Source: a virus. Taken from it: 64,000 bases of DNA. Positions 1 to 9,627 of this stretch are shown piece after piece. The stretch lies in the IMG/VR virus record IMGVR_UViG_3300045988_077137; one strand, given 5' to 3'. A program made the translations under genes and the position numbers. Positions within the stretch are counted from its first letter, which is position 1; every line of letters starts with the position of its first letter. Below the pieces are notes generated by a model. The model was not told where the DNA came from. It searched no databases and saw only the letters and a list, made by a program, of their open reading frames with translations.

Positions 1-89
1 ATTTTTTTGTTCATCAGTTAATTGTACCATACTACTTTAATTTTTCGGATTAAAAATATTACAAAATTTCTTTTCCCTAAAATGAGTCA

Positions 90-761
90 TCAAATGCCCT
101 CTTGGATAATACGGAATTTTGAATCGATGACAATCCTCTTATTTCCTATCACCTGTTCGAACATGACATCACGCTTGAGTTGGCTCTTGAGTAAATCACC
201 AGTAGGAATGAAATCCTGAGATTGAATACCTTTCACGAAATCGATATACGAATTGAAGTTTACAGGAGTAAACGTCAGCGCAATATTATTGATAATTGCC
301 TTCGTGATATGTTTTTCGTTCTTCGGGTCTCGCTCCAAGGCTTTTCCCTCAATAGACATTCCAGGCTTTCTGGTTGAACCGCTTTCGCGCATTTCAATAC
401 ACTTGTCCCAAAAGGCTCTCGCCTCGGGAGACTCGCTCCATAACTTTCCTTTCACCCAAAATTTGTTATCGACTATTTTCCCGTCAAGCGGTTCACCAAT
501 CCAAAACCTACTTTTCAATTCTTTTGCTCGAACTGTTAGGTGGTCAAGATTGAACAAACCATGCTTGAGGAAATAGTCTATAACGAACCCATTGGGCTCC
601 ATTGAGTCACCCTGATAATCTTTGCTGTCGTCACTCGCGATTCCCTCAAATATCATATTCTCGTAGCGACGGTCATCACCACGAGGATACTCGGCAGCGT
701 CAGACTTCATGAAGTCTATCGGCAACCAGAAGTTAAAATCATTTGGGGTCTGCTTCTTCAT
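90..761 (-). CDS. Putative prohead (capsid maturation) protease
   Basis: 223-aa ORF, last in the portal/MuF/Nudix/protease string. FEGIASDDSKDYQGDSM and GMSIEGKAL resemble conserved regions of HK97/U35-type prohead proteases. TAACTTTG -7 box (minus strand) at 785-792. Confidence 0.5.
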   Translation of the reverse strand: MKKQTPNDFNFWLPIDFMKSDAAEYPRGDDRRYENMIFEGIASDDSKDYQGDSMEPNGFVIDYFLKHGLFNLDHLTVRAKELKSRFWIGEPLDGKIVDNKFWVKGKLWSESPEARAFWDKCIEMRESGSTRKPGMSIEGKALERDPKNEKHITKAIINNIALTFTPVNFNSYIDFVKGIQSQDFIPTGDLLKSQLKRDVMFEQVIGNKRIVIDSKFRIIQEGI

Positions 762-801
762 ACTTCCACTTTATAAATTTGTGACAAAGTTACAAATCAT
801 T

Positions 802-2112
802 TTAGAAAGTTACAAATATCGGGTCTCCAACATAATCGGTTCCACGCTCATTCGCTGCCATAAATTCTTCTTGAGGAGTCCGGACTTTCATGGGTCCAGT
901 CATCAATGAATATTTCATTTCCTCGAGAATACGCATCATGTCGTTGTCGTCACCCGTAAACACTATCTCAACCTCTGTTAAGCGGTTGGTCGACGGGTCT
1001 TCACGGTAACGAGTGTCATGAATAATTAGAGGCTTCACAAATTTGAGATGACCGTTTGTCCCAACTGTTACTTCCTCCGCTCCACTGATACCTTTCATGA
1101 TGGTTTCAACACACTTCATCGGGTCTCGTACAGGTACGGAAACTTTTCGTTTATCCCCGTCCATAGATTCCGGTTCAAGCGGTTTCACGGCTTCAATGTC
1201 CAAAGCCTTTTTCAAAATTGATGTAAATCCCGGAACGAATACTTCGGGGGTGATACGTCCTTCCGATAAGGCTTTCATCAGCGGTTTGGCTTCCTCTATC
1301 TGATGTGGCTTCATCAGCATGTCAAGAACTATCTCTCCTTGGTCGAAAATAAACGGCTTCAAAGGAATCTGTCCCAAGTCAATGAATTCAGCGAAACAAT
1401 GTTCCGACGCATCAACTGTTACAGGCTGCAAGCAATCCACCCAAACTTGGAAATACTTAATATGCGCATCCTCTGTCTTGTGCTCTCCAAGGTACACAAT
1501 TCCCCTCCCCTCAATTGGGTCGAGATTTGTCTCCTCTTTAAGTTCCCGAAGCGCAGCCGTCTCAAAGTCCTCTCCTGGGTCAACATGACCTCCAGGGATA
1601 CATACCTTACCAGTAGGAACAAAGTTCTCAACACGATGTAAAACGAGGACTCTACCATCCTTATCAAAAGCAACCACATCAGCATACTTTGTCGGCTCGC
1701 CTGTGATTGACTTCACGATGTCGAAATACACCTGTTTAGACAGTTTGCCACCACGATAAGCCTCTTCAGCCTGTTCGAGAGCGTCAATACCTTTACAGAT
1801 GTCACCAACGTCGGGGTCGTTACGGTATGCCTCGAGCGATTTCAATATCTTGTTTCTTTCATTCACGGCTGACGACACTTCCTTCTGGTGCTCCTTTAGA
1901 AATCCTCTGTACTTTTCAAATACTTCGGATTTCTTCTCCTCAGGTAAACCATCCACACCGTCAATGACAGACTTCTGAATTGAAAACTTGTCAGACAATT
2001 CCTGACCCAAAGTTTCAAGGTTCGCCAACTGACCTTTCAACTTCCGATAGTCCTCAACCTTTTCTTGGGTTGACTGAATTCCTAAAAATTTCTTCAAGTT
2101 CATAATTATCAT
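802..2112 (-). CDS. Nudix hydrolase domain protein within the head module
   Basis: 436 aa. Canonical Nudix box GGHVDPGEDFETAALRELKEETN (GX5EX7REUXEEXGU) encoded at 1525-1593. The N-terminus looks coiled-coil-like. Confidence 0.8.
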   Translation of the reverse strand: MIIMNLKKFLGIQSTQEKVEDYRKLKGQLANLETLGQELSDKFSIQKSVIDGVDGLPEEKKSEVFEKYRGFLKEHQKEVSSAVNERNKILKSLEAYRNDPDVGDICKGIDALEQAEEAYRGGKLSKQVYFDIVKSITGEPTKYADVVAFDKDGRVLVLHRVENFVPTGKVCIPGGHVDPGEDFETAALRELKEETNLDPIEGRGIVYLGEHKTEDAHIKYFQVWVDCLQPVTVDASEHCFAEFIDLGQIPLKPFIFDQGEIVLDMLMKPHQIEEAKPLMKALSEGRITPEVFVPGFTSILKKALDIEAVKPLEPESMDGDKRKVSVPVRDPMKCVETIMKGISGAEEVTVGTNGHLKFVKPLIIHDTRYREDPSTNRLTEVEIVFTGDDNDMMRILEEMKYSLMTGPMKVRTPQEEFMAANERGTDYVGDPIFVTF

Positions 2113-2115
2113 CTT

Positions 2116-3063
2116 TTAGACTGTATATTCTTTATTTCCAATTGTTATCTTCGCTCGACTCTTCCGTTCGACCTTTCTCTCATAATTCTTAGGAGGCTCG
2201 AACTGATGTGTGTCAGGGTTCCATACATATCCCTTCGGAACATAACGCAAGTCGCACCGACAGAACGGGTGAACAGGGTGTATCGTCGCTTTCCAATCTT
2301 TCGACTTCACACCATAGTTCGTACCGTTTGCCATGAGTTCCGAAAGCCTGAACACCCGTGGCTGGCTCCCGATACCCCCTGTTAGGTATAGTCGTATGCA
2401 ATGGCGACAGGCTCCAGGGAAGACATCAAAGTAAACCAACGGGTCGGGGTCTTCTTCCATCATGATTTCGGCTCTTCCGAGATTGTATATATCTTGACTT
2501 TCCGTCTCAACGATACGTCCCCAATCCCGCTGCCAATCATTCATCTGGTTAGCGAGGTTTGAAGTAATCTTCTTGACGGAACGCTTCTCGAACGTGCCTT
2601 CGAGCATCTCCTTCCGTAAAGTCGCATCAGCCTTTGCCTGCTCTTGAGCCTGTAAGTAACTGAGTTCCTCTGCGGAAATTGATGCTCGGACATCGTTCTT
2701 GATGCGGTCGGCAAATCCTTTGATATGAGTATAAGTTTTGTTAGCGGCAACCTTGTAGAACGCCATTTCCCTCGCTGTGGGCTCAAATAAGCCCATTTTA
2801 GACAGAAACGCAGTAAACTCGGAGTAAGTCATCTGAGCGGTGGCTTTCGTCCCAACAGCAGCCGAAACACGACCAAAAAGAAAGGCTTGATAATGGGAAG
2901 GGAATTTAGGAATCAGTTTCACTAAGTCAACCCCTTTCTTCTTCAGGAGCGCAAGGTCTTCAGTTGTTAGGTAGTCTTTCCCCAACACCTGTACAACCAT
3001 CTTCACTACTGCGAGGTCGATGTTTGTCAAAATCTTCTTTATTTCATCTTCCGTGAATAACAT
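2116..3063 (-). CDS. Minor head protein, Mu F / SPP1 gp7-like
   Basis: 315 aa. The C-terminal FPGACRHC...HPVHPFCRCDLRYVP matches the Cys/His signature of Phage_Mu_F-type head morphogenesis proteins. Lies directly downstream of the portal candidate. Confidence 0.75.
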   Translation of the reverse strand: MLFTEDEIKKILTNIDLAVVKMVVQVLGKDYLTTEDLALLKKKGVDLVKLIPKFPSHYQAFLFGRVSAAVGTKATAQMTYSEFTAFLSKMGLFEPTAREMAFYKVAANKTYTHIKGFADRIKNDVRASISAEELSYLQAQEQAKADATLRKEMLEGTFEKRSVKKITSNLANQMNDWQRDWGRIVETESQDIYNLGRAEIMMEEDPDPLVYFDVFPGACRHCIRLYLTGGIGSQPRVFRLSELMANGTNYGVKSKDWKATIHPVHPFCRCDLRYVPKGYVWNPDTHQFEPPKNYERKVERKSRAKITIGNKEYTV

Positions 3064-3223
3064 TATCTTTTCTTCTTTTGTATTTCAACCATAGTTTCAA
3101 CAACGTCTCCGAACAGTTTAACAGCGTTGAACGCATTCTTCCCTTTGCCCTCGTATTCCTTTTGAACCTTTGGATATCTCATCGGGTCGACGTGATGATG
3201 AATTCGGGGTGATGCTGGTGCTT

Positions 3224-4972
3224 TCATTTTCTTATTCCTAATTGTGAATCAATGAACTCCAAAGCCTTTCCGAGAATAGGGTTCTCCATAGACTTTTCAA
3301 CCATCATCGCCTGTATAGCCTCTTCCGCTGTTTTAGGTGAGTCGTTCCCTTCTTCGCCATCGACGATTTCGTTCATACCCTCACCACCCATCATTTTGTT
3401 GCTCTGAGCCGACTGATACACCGTGTTAAGGATAGTGTCCTTATTCGGGTCGAACTTTCTGCCTGAATACTTTTCGAACATATCCTCAAGCGATACAAAG
3501 CCAGCCTCAGACTTCTTCTTATCCAGTTCAACCTGTGCTGCCTCGTCCTCAATTTCAATACCTGTAAACACGAGTTCCAAGCGGTCGTCAATTTCACTGA
3601 TGATATACTTATTCAGGATATTCTGATAGAACACTAACAGCGGAGTCAGACCTTTCTGTTTAGAGTGGTCAAGACGTTCCTTCTGTCCTTCCTGTCCAAA
3701 TATACGGGCAGCGTCCTGGAATTGAAAGCCCAACTCCGATGGGTCCATACGGTACACGGCACACGCAATCACCAATAGGAATTTAATCCATTCAGTGAAC
3801 TCCATGTCTCGGTTCGTCTGCTGTAAATCAATCCACTCAAGGTCTATCCCCTGAATGACGGGTATCTTGTGAGAATTGTACACGGTACTCATCGTCTGTT
3901 TCCAATCCTGACGAAACTCGTTCAGGGTTCCTTGGTCGACGTTTCCGTTCTTCACATTGATAAAGCCTTTCGGCTGACTACCTTGTTTGAAGAAGTTACC
4001 ATTGTACTGCATTCCCCACAAAATCCATGTCACGATTTCAATCAGCGTTTCCAACTCCGAACAGCCGTATCCATTACGCAACACGTTGGTCGTCTTGTTA
4101 CGGATACCATAACCCAACTCCCACGGATAGAAAACTACATACTCATCTGATACAGGGTGGCGGATAATCTGCCCATCCCATACCATAGCATAGCGAGGCA
4201 AATAACCATGCCAGCGGAAGTTCTCGAACATCTGTCTGTATCGTGGGTCGTTTGTGTCTAACTGTCGTATCAGGGCAGCGTCAACAGCACGATACTTCTT
4301 GAGGTTCATGTTCCTTGCACGAACGAGTTCAAATGTCATCTGGTCAAGCACAAGGGAGTCCCTCAATACTTTACGGGTAAACTCTTGAAAGTTGTCCTCG
4401 CATTCCCATTTGTCATTCTCGCCACCGTCTTCAAGGAAACGAACTATGTAATCGACAATCTTCTTGTCCTTTGCCGACAGCTCCTTTTCATCGGAACCCT
4501 CTGACCCTGGACTTCGTTTGTAGCGAATTTGGTATCCTGGTTTCTGGTCGTCAACGCTGTACTTCAGAAAGTTCTGAACCTGTTCGATACGTGTGTTGAT
4601 GATAGCCTTAATGATAAAGATATCGCCCATTCGGTTCAGAGTTCCAAATGCTATACCGTTGTTCGGGTCGCGATATCCCTTACCATTGAAGCCTATCTCC
4701 GACGGGTTCCAAAGGATTGATTTAATTTCCGGCTGGGGTGCTCTCCTGCTGTTCTTTTGTTGCTCAGCGATAAACGCTTGTGCCTTCATCACCTCTTCAA
4801 AATTCTCTGAATTTAGGGACTTCTGAAGACGGTTCCTCAACGCTATCGGAGCAGCCTGAGCCATGATTTGGAGTTCCTGAAGAGACAGTCCATCAAGACC
4901 GTCTATGGGAGCCTGATTATTGGCTCCCACTGAACTCCTGTTTTTTGATGAACGGTTCTTCTTACTTCCCAT
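3224..4972 (-). CDS. Putative portal protein
   Basis: 582-aa ORF immediately upstream of the MuF-like gene. Size and position are typical of portals. No motif-level proof. Confidence 0.55.
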   Translation of the reverse strand: MGSKKNRSSKNRSSVGANNQAPIDGLDGLSLQELQIMAQAAPIALRNRLQKSLNSENFEEVMKAQAFIAEQQKNSRRAPQPEIKSILWNPSEIGFNGKGYRDPNNGIAFGTLNRMGDIFIIKAIINTRIEQVQNFLKYSVDDQKPGYQIRYKRSPGSEGSDEKELSAKDKKIVDYIVRFLEDGGENDKWECEDNFQEFTRKVLRDSLVLDQMTFELVRARNMNLKKYRAVDAALIRQLDTNDPRYRQMFENFRWHGYLPRYAMVWDGQIIRHPVSDEYVVFYPWELGYGIRNKTTNVLRNGYGCSELETLIEIVTWILWGMQYNGNFFKQGSQPKGFINVKNGNVDQGTLNEFRQDWKQTMSTVYNSHKIPVIQGIDLEWIDLQQTNRDMEFTEWIKFLLVIACAVYRMDPSELGFQFQDAARIFGQEGQKERLDHSKQKGLTPLLVFYQNILNKYIISEIDDRLELVFTGIEIEDEAAQVELDKKKSEAGFVSLEDMFEKYSGRKFDPNKDTILNTVYQSAQSNKMMGGEGMNEIVDGEEGNDSPKTAEEAIQAMMVEKSMENPILGKALEFIDSQLGIRK

Positions 4973-4974
4973 AA

Positions 4975-5670
4975 TTAAATAGTTCCAGGAGTGACGAATG
5001 TTTTGGCTTCATAGGTACGACCACCGTAAATGAAACGGATAGTGAACCAAGTTACCATTTCCGGACGCAAAATACCCAAGTCTTTCACGATTTCAAACAT
5101 CAGTGAATTGGAAGCCTTTGCGGTCAGTGTTTTCTTGTCTTCGCTCAACGTACCCAAGTCGGCAGAATTTCCACGGAACTCAAGTTGTCTTTCGTCGGCA
5201 AATACCTGTACTTGATACTCTGATGTTTCCTGTTCATCAGCGTCAGCAGCGATTTTCTTGAACTTCGCAACCAACCAAGGCAGCGATGCCTTAGAAGCAG
5301 CGTAATCGTACTGGTCTGTATATGATTTGGGAACCACAGCATAATAGGTCGCCTCGTTAAAAGCCACACCCAGTTGCAACCCGAAGATTGTACCTACTTC
5401 AGCAGAAACGCCACTTGTGAAGTCAGCAGACTCATCAATGATGAGTTCATTACCCTCGTAGCATTCTACTTTACATTCACAGGTCTTAGCAGCATTCAGC
5501 ATCATCGGGATAGTTACTTCGTCTCCCATTTTGAAATTCAGACCAGCCTGTACCAGACCATGATAATTTTTACCAATGAGTCCGGTCACCATGAAGTTGT
5601 TGATAGTTGCTAACCCATCGGTCTCAACCGTAACAGCCTCCGCACCTTTCGAATAAACATATTTCTTCAT
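4975..5670 (-). CDS. Hypothetical protein
   Basis: 231-aa ORF with a TAAATTTG -7 box at 5711-5718 upstream. No motif recognised. Confidence 0.5.
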   Translation of the reverse strand: MKKYVYSKGAEAVTVETDGLATINNFMVTGLIGKNYHGLVQAGLNFKMGDEVTIPMMLNAAKTCECKVECYEGNELIIDESADFTSGVSAEVGTIFGLQLGVAFNEATYYAVVPKSYTDQYDYAASKASLPWLVAKFKKIAADADEQETSEYQVQVFADERQLEFRGNSADLGTLSEDKKTLTAKASNSLMFEIVKDLGILRPEMVTWFTIRFIYGGRTYEAKTFVTPGTI

Positions 5671-5752
5671 TTCCTTTTATGTTTTAATTCTTACCAATTA
5701 TTTAACGATACAAATTTACAAATAAAAATACCGAGATTAAAGAAGGATATCT

Positions 5753-7186
5753 TTAAGTCGTCAATTTCTTCTTCAGAGCTTCCTTGTACTTTTTCGTCGC
5801 CTCGACAAGTTGTTCATTCAGTTCATCGTATCTTTGACGTTTATCCCCACCCGATGGAACCTTTCCAAAGTTATCAACTTCTGATTTTGCTGAAATGTAC
5901 TTCTTATATTCAGGCATGTTCATGTATCCTGGAACTTTTGATTGTAAGTCAGACAGTTTCCCGCTCTCCTTACTTCCCTCTTTTGAGGTCTCTTTACCAC
6001 GACTTTCCAATTCTCCCTTAACTTTCATTATAGAGTAAAGCAACTCCGCTCTTTGAGACTTCTTGATGGCTTCAAAGTTCTTATTTAAATCGTTCACAAG
6101 TCCTTTCTCCATCTTCTTGAGATTGTCGGTAGGGATATTCTTAATGTTTGACCACTTTTCATCAACCCCCTGTCGAACTTTCTCTGACAGGTATTTCTTC
6201 AAATTGACCTTTCCGCTGTTAGGGACGTCCTCAAACTTGACACGAGTGTATGACTCTTTCACCTCTTCCGAAGTTTCTTCCTTCTGACGTTGGTCGTACA
6301 ATTTGTCTTCAGCCTCGTCTAATTTCTTATACTCAGCCTCATACTCGTCTTTCAACCGTGATGTCTCCGCATCGTATTTGTTAGTCTTCTCCTTCAAAGT
6401 GTTCCACAGTTCTTTGCGCTTTTTAGCAGCATCCGGATGGTCGCTTTCGTACAGTTTGTCAATCTCACTTCGAATTTCATCAGCCTCTTTGTCATACTTC
6501 TGACGAGCCTCTTCACGCTTACTGTCATACTTCTTTGAGGCTTCTTTCTTCTTTTGCTGAACCTGATAAATAGGGTCGGAAGCCTTGTCCGTTTTCTTTT
6601 CACCTCTTGATTCCTCTTTCTTGGGTTCTGACTTGGCTTCCTCTTGCGGTTCTTCGCCTTTCAATTTGGCGACCTCGTCTTTCGCCTGTTTCAGGCGTTC
6701 TTCGTACTTCTCCTTCCCGTCCCGCTTGATTAAGCGTTCTTCATTATCTTGCAAATAAGCCAATTTCTTACGAGCCTCACGCAAATCCTCTTTCTGGACT
6801 TCGTTTATCTTCTTACTTGTTTCCTTCACTTCCGCAGCATTACGTTTCTCTTCGTTTGCTTTAACACCTGAATGTATCTTTTCAGCCTGTCTTTTTGCCA
6901 ACTCTAAATTATTCTTCTTTTCTATAAGAACCATAATTTCTTCCTGGGGAAGTTTCAACTTGCCTTCGTTGATAGCAGCGATAACCTTATCGACAGCCTC
7001 AAGTTCCTTTGCAGGGTCTTTTTCGTTAGAGGAAGACTTCTCAGGCTTCTCTTCCTCTTTCTTTTCGGAACCGTACTTTTGCCCCACGCGATGTTTGCGT
7101 CTATTCTCAGAAGTATCAGCGTATATGCCTGAACGAGATTTTTCTAATCTTTCATTCAAAATTGATTTTTCTATTAGTGTCGTCAT
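5753..7186 (-). CDS. Lys/Glu-rich coiled-coil protein (scaffold or internal protein is only a guess)
   Basis: 477 aa with extreme K/E content. The N-terminal GIYADTSENRRKHRVGQKYG motif is shared with neighbouring ORFs. TATATTTG -7 box at 7213-7220. Confidence 0.55.
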   Translation of the reverse strand: MTTLIEKSILNERLEKSRSGIYADTSENRRKHRVGQKYGSEKKEEEKPEKSSSNEKDPAKELEAVDKVIAAINEGKLKLPQEEIMVLIEKKNNLELAKRQAEKIHSGVKANEEKRNAAEVKETSKKINEVQKEDLREARKKLAYLQDNEERLIKRDGKEKYEERLKQAKDEVAKLKGEEPQEEAKSEPKKEESRGEKKTDKASDPIYQVQQKKKEASKKYDSKREEARQKYDKEADEIRSEIDKLYESDHPDAAKKRKELWNTLKEKTNKYDAETSRLKDEYEAEYKKLDEAEDKLYDQRQKEETSEEVKESYTRVKFEDVPNSGKVNLKKYLSEKVRQGVDEKWSNIKNIPTDNLKKMEKGLVNDLNKNFEAIKKSQRAELLYSIMKVKGELESRGKETSKEGSKESGKLSDLQSKVPGYMNMPEYKKYISAKSEVDNFGKVPSGGDKRQRYDELNEQLVEATKKYKEALKKKLTT

Positions 7187-7268
7187 ATTCCTTACAGTTA
7201 AATTTGATTACGCAAATATATTACGTTATCTTGAATAATCAAAGAGTTTCCCGAAGAAAACTCCTAAA

Positions 7269-7511
7269 TTATTCCCAGGACTCAGGAAGAAGCGACTCTT
7301 TCCCGAGTTCTTTAGCACGCTTTTTAATCCACCGTCTCGCAGCGGCAGGGTCTTTCGCCCGACCAACACTACGAATGGCGTCTTTCAAATCCTGAGCATT
7401 ACGAATAGGGAAAGAGCCATCTTTCATGGCTTCTCCATCTTTCGCCAATTCACGTCTTTCCTTTTCCGGAAAATCGTGTTTATTCAATGATTTCTCAAGC
7501 AGCGTTTCCAT
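7269..7511 (-). CDS. Small conserved phage head-module protein (DGSFPI motif)
   Basis: 80 aa. DGSFPIRNAQDLKDAIRSVGRAKDPAAARRWIKKRAKELG is a motif I recognise from small proteins or domains in many phage head gene clusters. Confidence 0.55.
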   Translation of the reverse strand: METLLEKSLNKHDFPEKERRELAKDGEAMKDGSFPIRNAQDLKDAIRSVGRAKDPAAARRWIKKRAKELGKESLLPESWE

Positions 7512-8014
7512 TATTCAGTAGGAATTTGGTTCTTGTACGGCTGACCCACACGTCCCAGACGCTGATTGTCAGGGGTATCAGCATAAACACCTGTTCCCAA
7601 CGACTTCATGATGTCGCCCTCTGTTTCACCGTTCAACGATTTCAGGAACTCCAATGTAGGAGAATAAGCCTGTCCAACACGGTTCAGGCGACGATTTTCA
7701 GGGGTATCACGATATACACCTTCCAAACCTTTCATGACAGTTCCGTCAGCAGCCGTTTCCCACTCAACCTGTTTAGGACGATAGAAGCGAATGACGTCTT
7801 TACCCTCTTCATCAGCGCATACGGCTTTCTGAAGATACATTACGTCAGCCACGAAAACCTCTTTCTCCTCGGCTGTAAGTTCGTTGGCACGACTCTTCAT
7901 GATTCCTTCCTTGTAATAGGAAGCCACCTCATCGGGTGTGAATACCTCGTATCCATTGTTACGAGCAGTTTCCTCAAACAACTGGAGGGAAACTTTCTTT
8001 CCTTTATTTTCCAT
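7511..8014 (-). CDS. Hypothetical protein with two NRRLxRVGQxY motifs
   Basis: 167 aa. Carries GVYRDTPENRRLNRVGQAY (7664-7720) and GVYADTPDNQRLGRVGQPY (7535-7591). TAACTTTG -7 box at 8046-8053. Confidence 0.55.
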   Translation of the reverse strand: MENKGKKVSLQLFEETARNNGYEVFTPDEVASYYKEGIMKSRANELTAEEKEVFVADVMYLQKAVCADEEGKDVIRFYRPKQVEWETAADGTVMKGLEGVYRDTPENRRLNRVGQAYSPTLEFLKSLNGETEGDIMKSLGTGVYADTPDNQRLGRVGQPYKNQIPTE

Positions 8015-8100
8015 ACGACTTGTAAAATTGAAAATTCTTTGTGAGCAAAGTTATTCATAAAATTTTAATATGGTAGGAGTGAGTTCAACGGTATGGCTCT

Positions 8101-8144
8101 AAAATAAAAACGGGCAGTGAGAAGATTCACATCCTCTCATGCCC
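8101..8144 (-). terminator. Candidate intrinsic terminator (minus strand)
   Basis: Imperfect stem GGGCATGAGA / TCTCACTGCCC, followed on the minus strand by GTTTTTATTTT. Confidence 0.4.
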
Positions 8145-8583
8145 CAGATTTCTGTCAAATACTTAAAACCTAAACTTTTCTTTAATGAACAAAAAGAATC
8201 TTCTTCAAAAACTTCTTAGATGTCAAACAAACAATGTAAATCAAATCAAACTTTAGACGATGTTCGATTAGGCGAACCAGACCGAACACAAATATAACGC
8301 TATCAATGCACAAAAGTTTTTCTCATTTACATTTCTCCTAACAACATCGGCTGCGACAGCAGCCTCTCAGGGCGAAGTCCATCGAAGATGGCGAAGCCTG
8401 TAAATTCCGAACGCAGTGAGGTGTGTTTTCGACGTGAAAATGACTTCTTAAAATTTCCGTTCGGGACTCTAACTTGTATTTCTATTGAAACTTCTATTGT
8501 ACTCATATATTGATACACAAATTTTCGAGTCCGTGAGTCTTCCCTATTTTATGGGGATTCTTCTCCCACAAATTTTGTTTTAT

Positions 8584-8667
8584 AAAAAGGGGTTTGAGCG
8601 CAATAAAAACAGGGGTCTAAGGGGTTATAAAAAGGGGTTTGAGCGCAATAAAAAGGGGTTTGAGCGC
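8584..8667. repeat. Iterons of a putative replication origin
   Basis: Three exact copies of AAAAAGGGGTTTGAGCGC at 8584-8601, 8629-8646 and 8650-8667. Degenerate copies lie near 8605-8626 and 8680-8700. The block is in the divergent intergenic region just upstream of the Rep-like gene. Confidence 0.7.
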
Positions 8668-8814
8668 GTCGACAAATTTATAAACAGGCTTTTAAGCGCA
8701 GTTAATTTACAGTCTTAATTCGAAGCCAAGCCTGTTTTTAAAGGGGTTGATATGACTTTACCCTGTTTATAATTTTTCCCGTTATATTTGTGTGGAAATT
8801 AAACATTATACGAT

Positions 8815-9627
8815 ATGAAAAGAAATAAAGGAATCATTCAATCGAACTTGGCGACCTTTGGCGTTTATAAGTTCACATCTTGGCAAATGAACTGTTTGGT
8901 TCATCTTGTCGAACAGTTGCAACCTGCTATGTCCCGTGATGTTGACTGGCTGAACGCTGACTTGAAAGTTTTTCAAGAAACTCTTCCCCTGGATAAGAAC
9001 GGTAATCTTCTCATTCCTATACAAATGAATGAAATTGATAAACACCACCATGGCTCTATCGTTCTCAACGAAATAAAGAAGATGTTCAAACAGACGATTA
9101 AATACAACTTTACCAATGAACAGGGTAAATTGGTTCGGAGGGAGTGTTATCTTATCTCTACGATGGATATTGACGAGGATGACAACATCGTACTGGGGAT
9201 GCCTGTTACAAGTTTACGTTGGCTTCTATATTATGGTAAGGGAATAGGAGGAACAATCTACGACAAGAAGTCTGTCGTGTCAATGAATGGCGTCTATGCC
9301 AAGCGTATTTTTATGATGTTGAGTCGTTGGAAGGACAAGCGTGTCTTTTCTATGAAAATATCCGAACTTATGGATGAACTTCAGACTCCGGAATATAGTG
9401 TCCAGGATTTTGAGCGGTTCGTTCTTAAGACCGCTTTCCGGGAAATGATTAACAACCTTAACTCGGTTCTTCAGTTCAAATACTCCCTTTCCTATACGGG
9501 AACAAAGGTCGGGAAAGGAAAACGAGGATTCGATACTGTCACGTTTAAAGTGTATGATAAACTTTCTGAGGCTCAAATGGAAGAGTTCCTAACAGACTCA
9601 TGGAGCAACAGAATAAATGCTATCTAA
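8815..9627 (+). CDS. Replication initiator, Rep_3 (plasmid RepB-type)-like
   Basis: 270 aa. The C-terminal half (GVYAKRIFMMLSRWKDKRVFSMKISELMDELQTPEYSVQDFERFVLKTAFREMINN...DTVTFKVY) follows the Rep_3 pattern (S.ya.RlYelL...i.leeLr..L....Y..f.dF.r.Vl..a..EIn...l.F.i). Iterons lie upstream, and a TATATTTG -7 box is at 8783-8790. Confidence 0.65.
   Translation: MKRNKGIIQSNLATFGVYKFTSWQMNCLVHLVEQLQPAMSRDVDWLNADLKVFQETLPLDKNGNLLIPIQMNEIDKHHHGSIVLNEIKKMFKQTIKYNFTNEQGKLVRRECYLISTMDIDEDDNIVLGMPVTSLRWLLYYGKGIGGTIYDKKSVVSMNGVYAKRIFMMLSRWKDKRVFSMKISELMDELQTPEYSVQDFERFVLKTAFREMINNLNSVLQFKYSLSYTGTKVGKGKRGFDTVTFKVYDKLSEAQMEEFLTDSWSNRINAI

Noticed and set aside
8584-8700. Short direct repeats considered as a CRISPR array
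   Set aside because: There are only three exact 18-bp copies, with start-to-start spacing of 45 and 21 bp and partly repeat-derived spacers. They sit directly upstream of a Rep-like gene, so iterons explain them better.
8485-8718. Listed 77-aa plus-strand ORF with repeated KKGFERNK segments
   Set aside because: The repeats are simply the translated iterons (AAAAAGGGGTTTGAGCGC). The region is an origin-type repeat array, not a gene.
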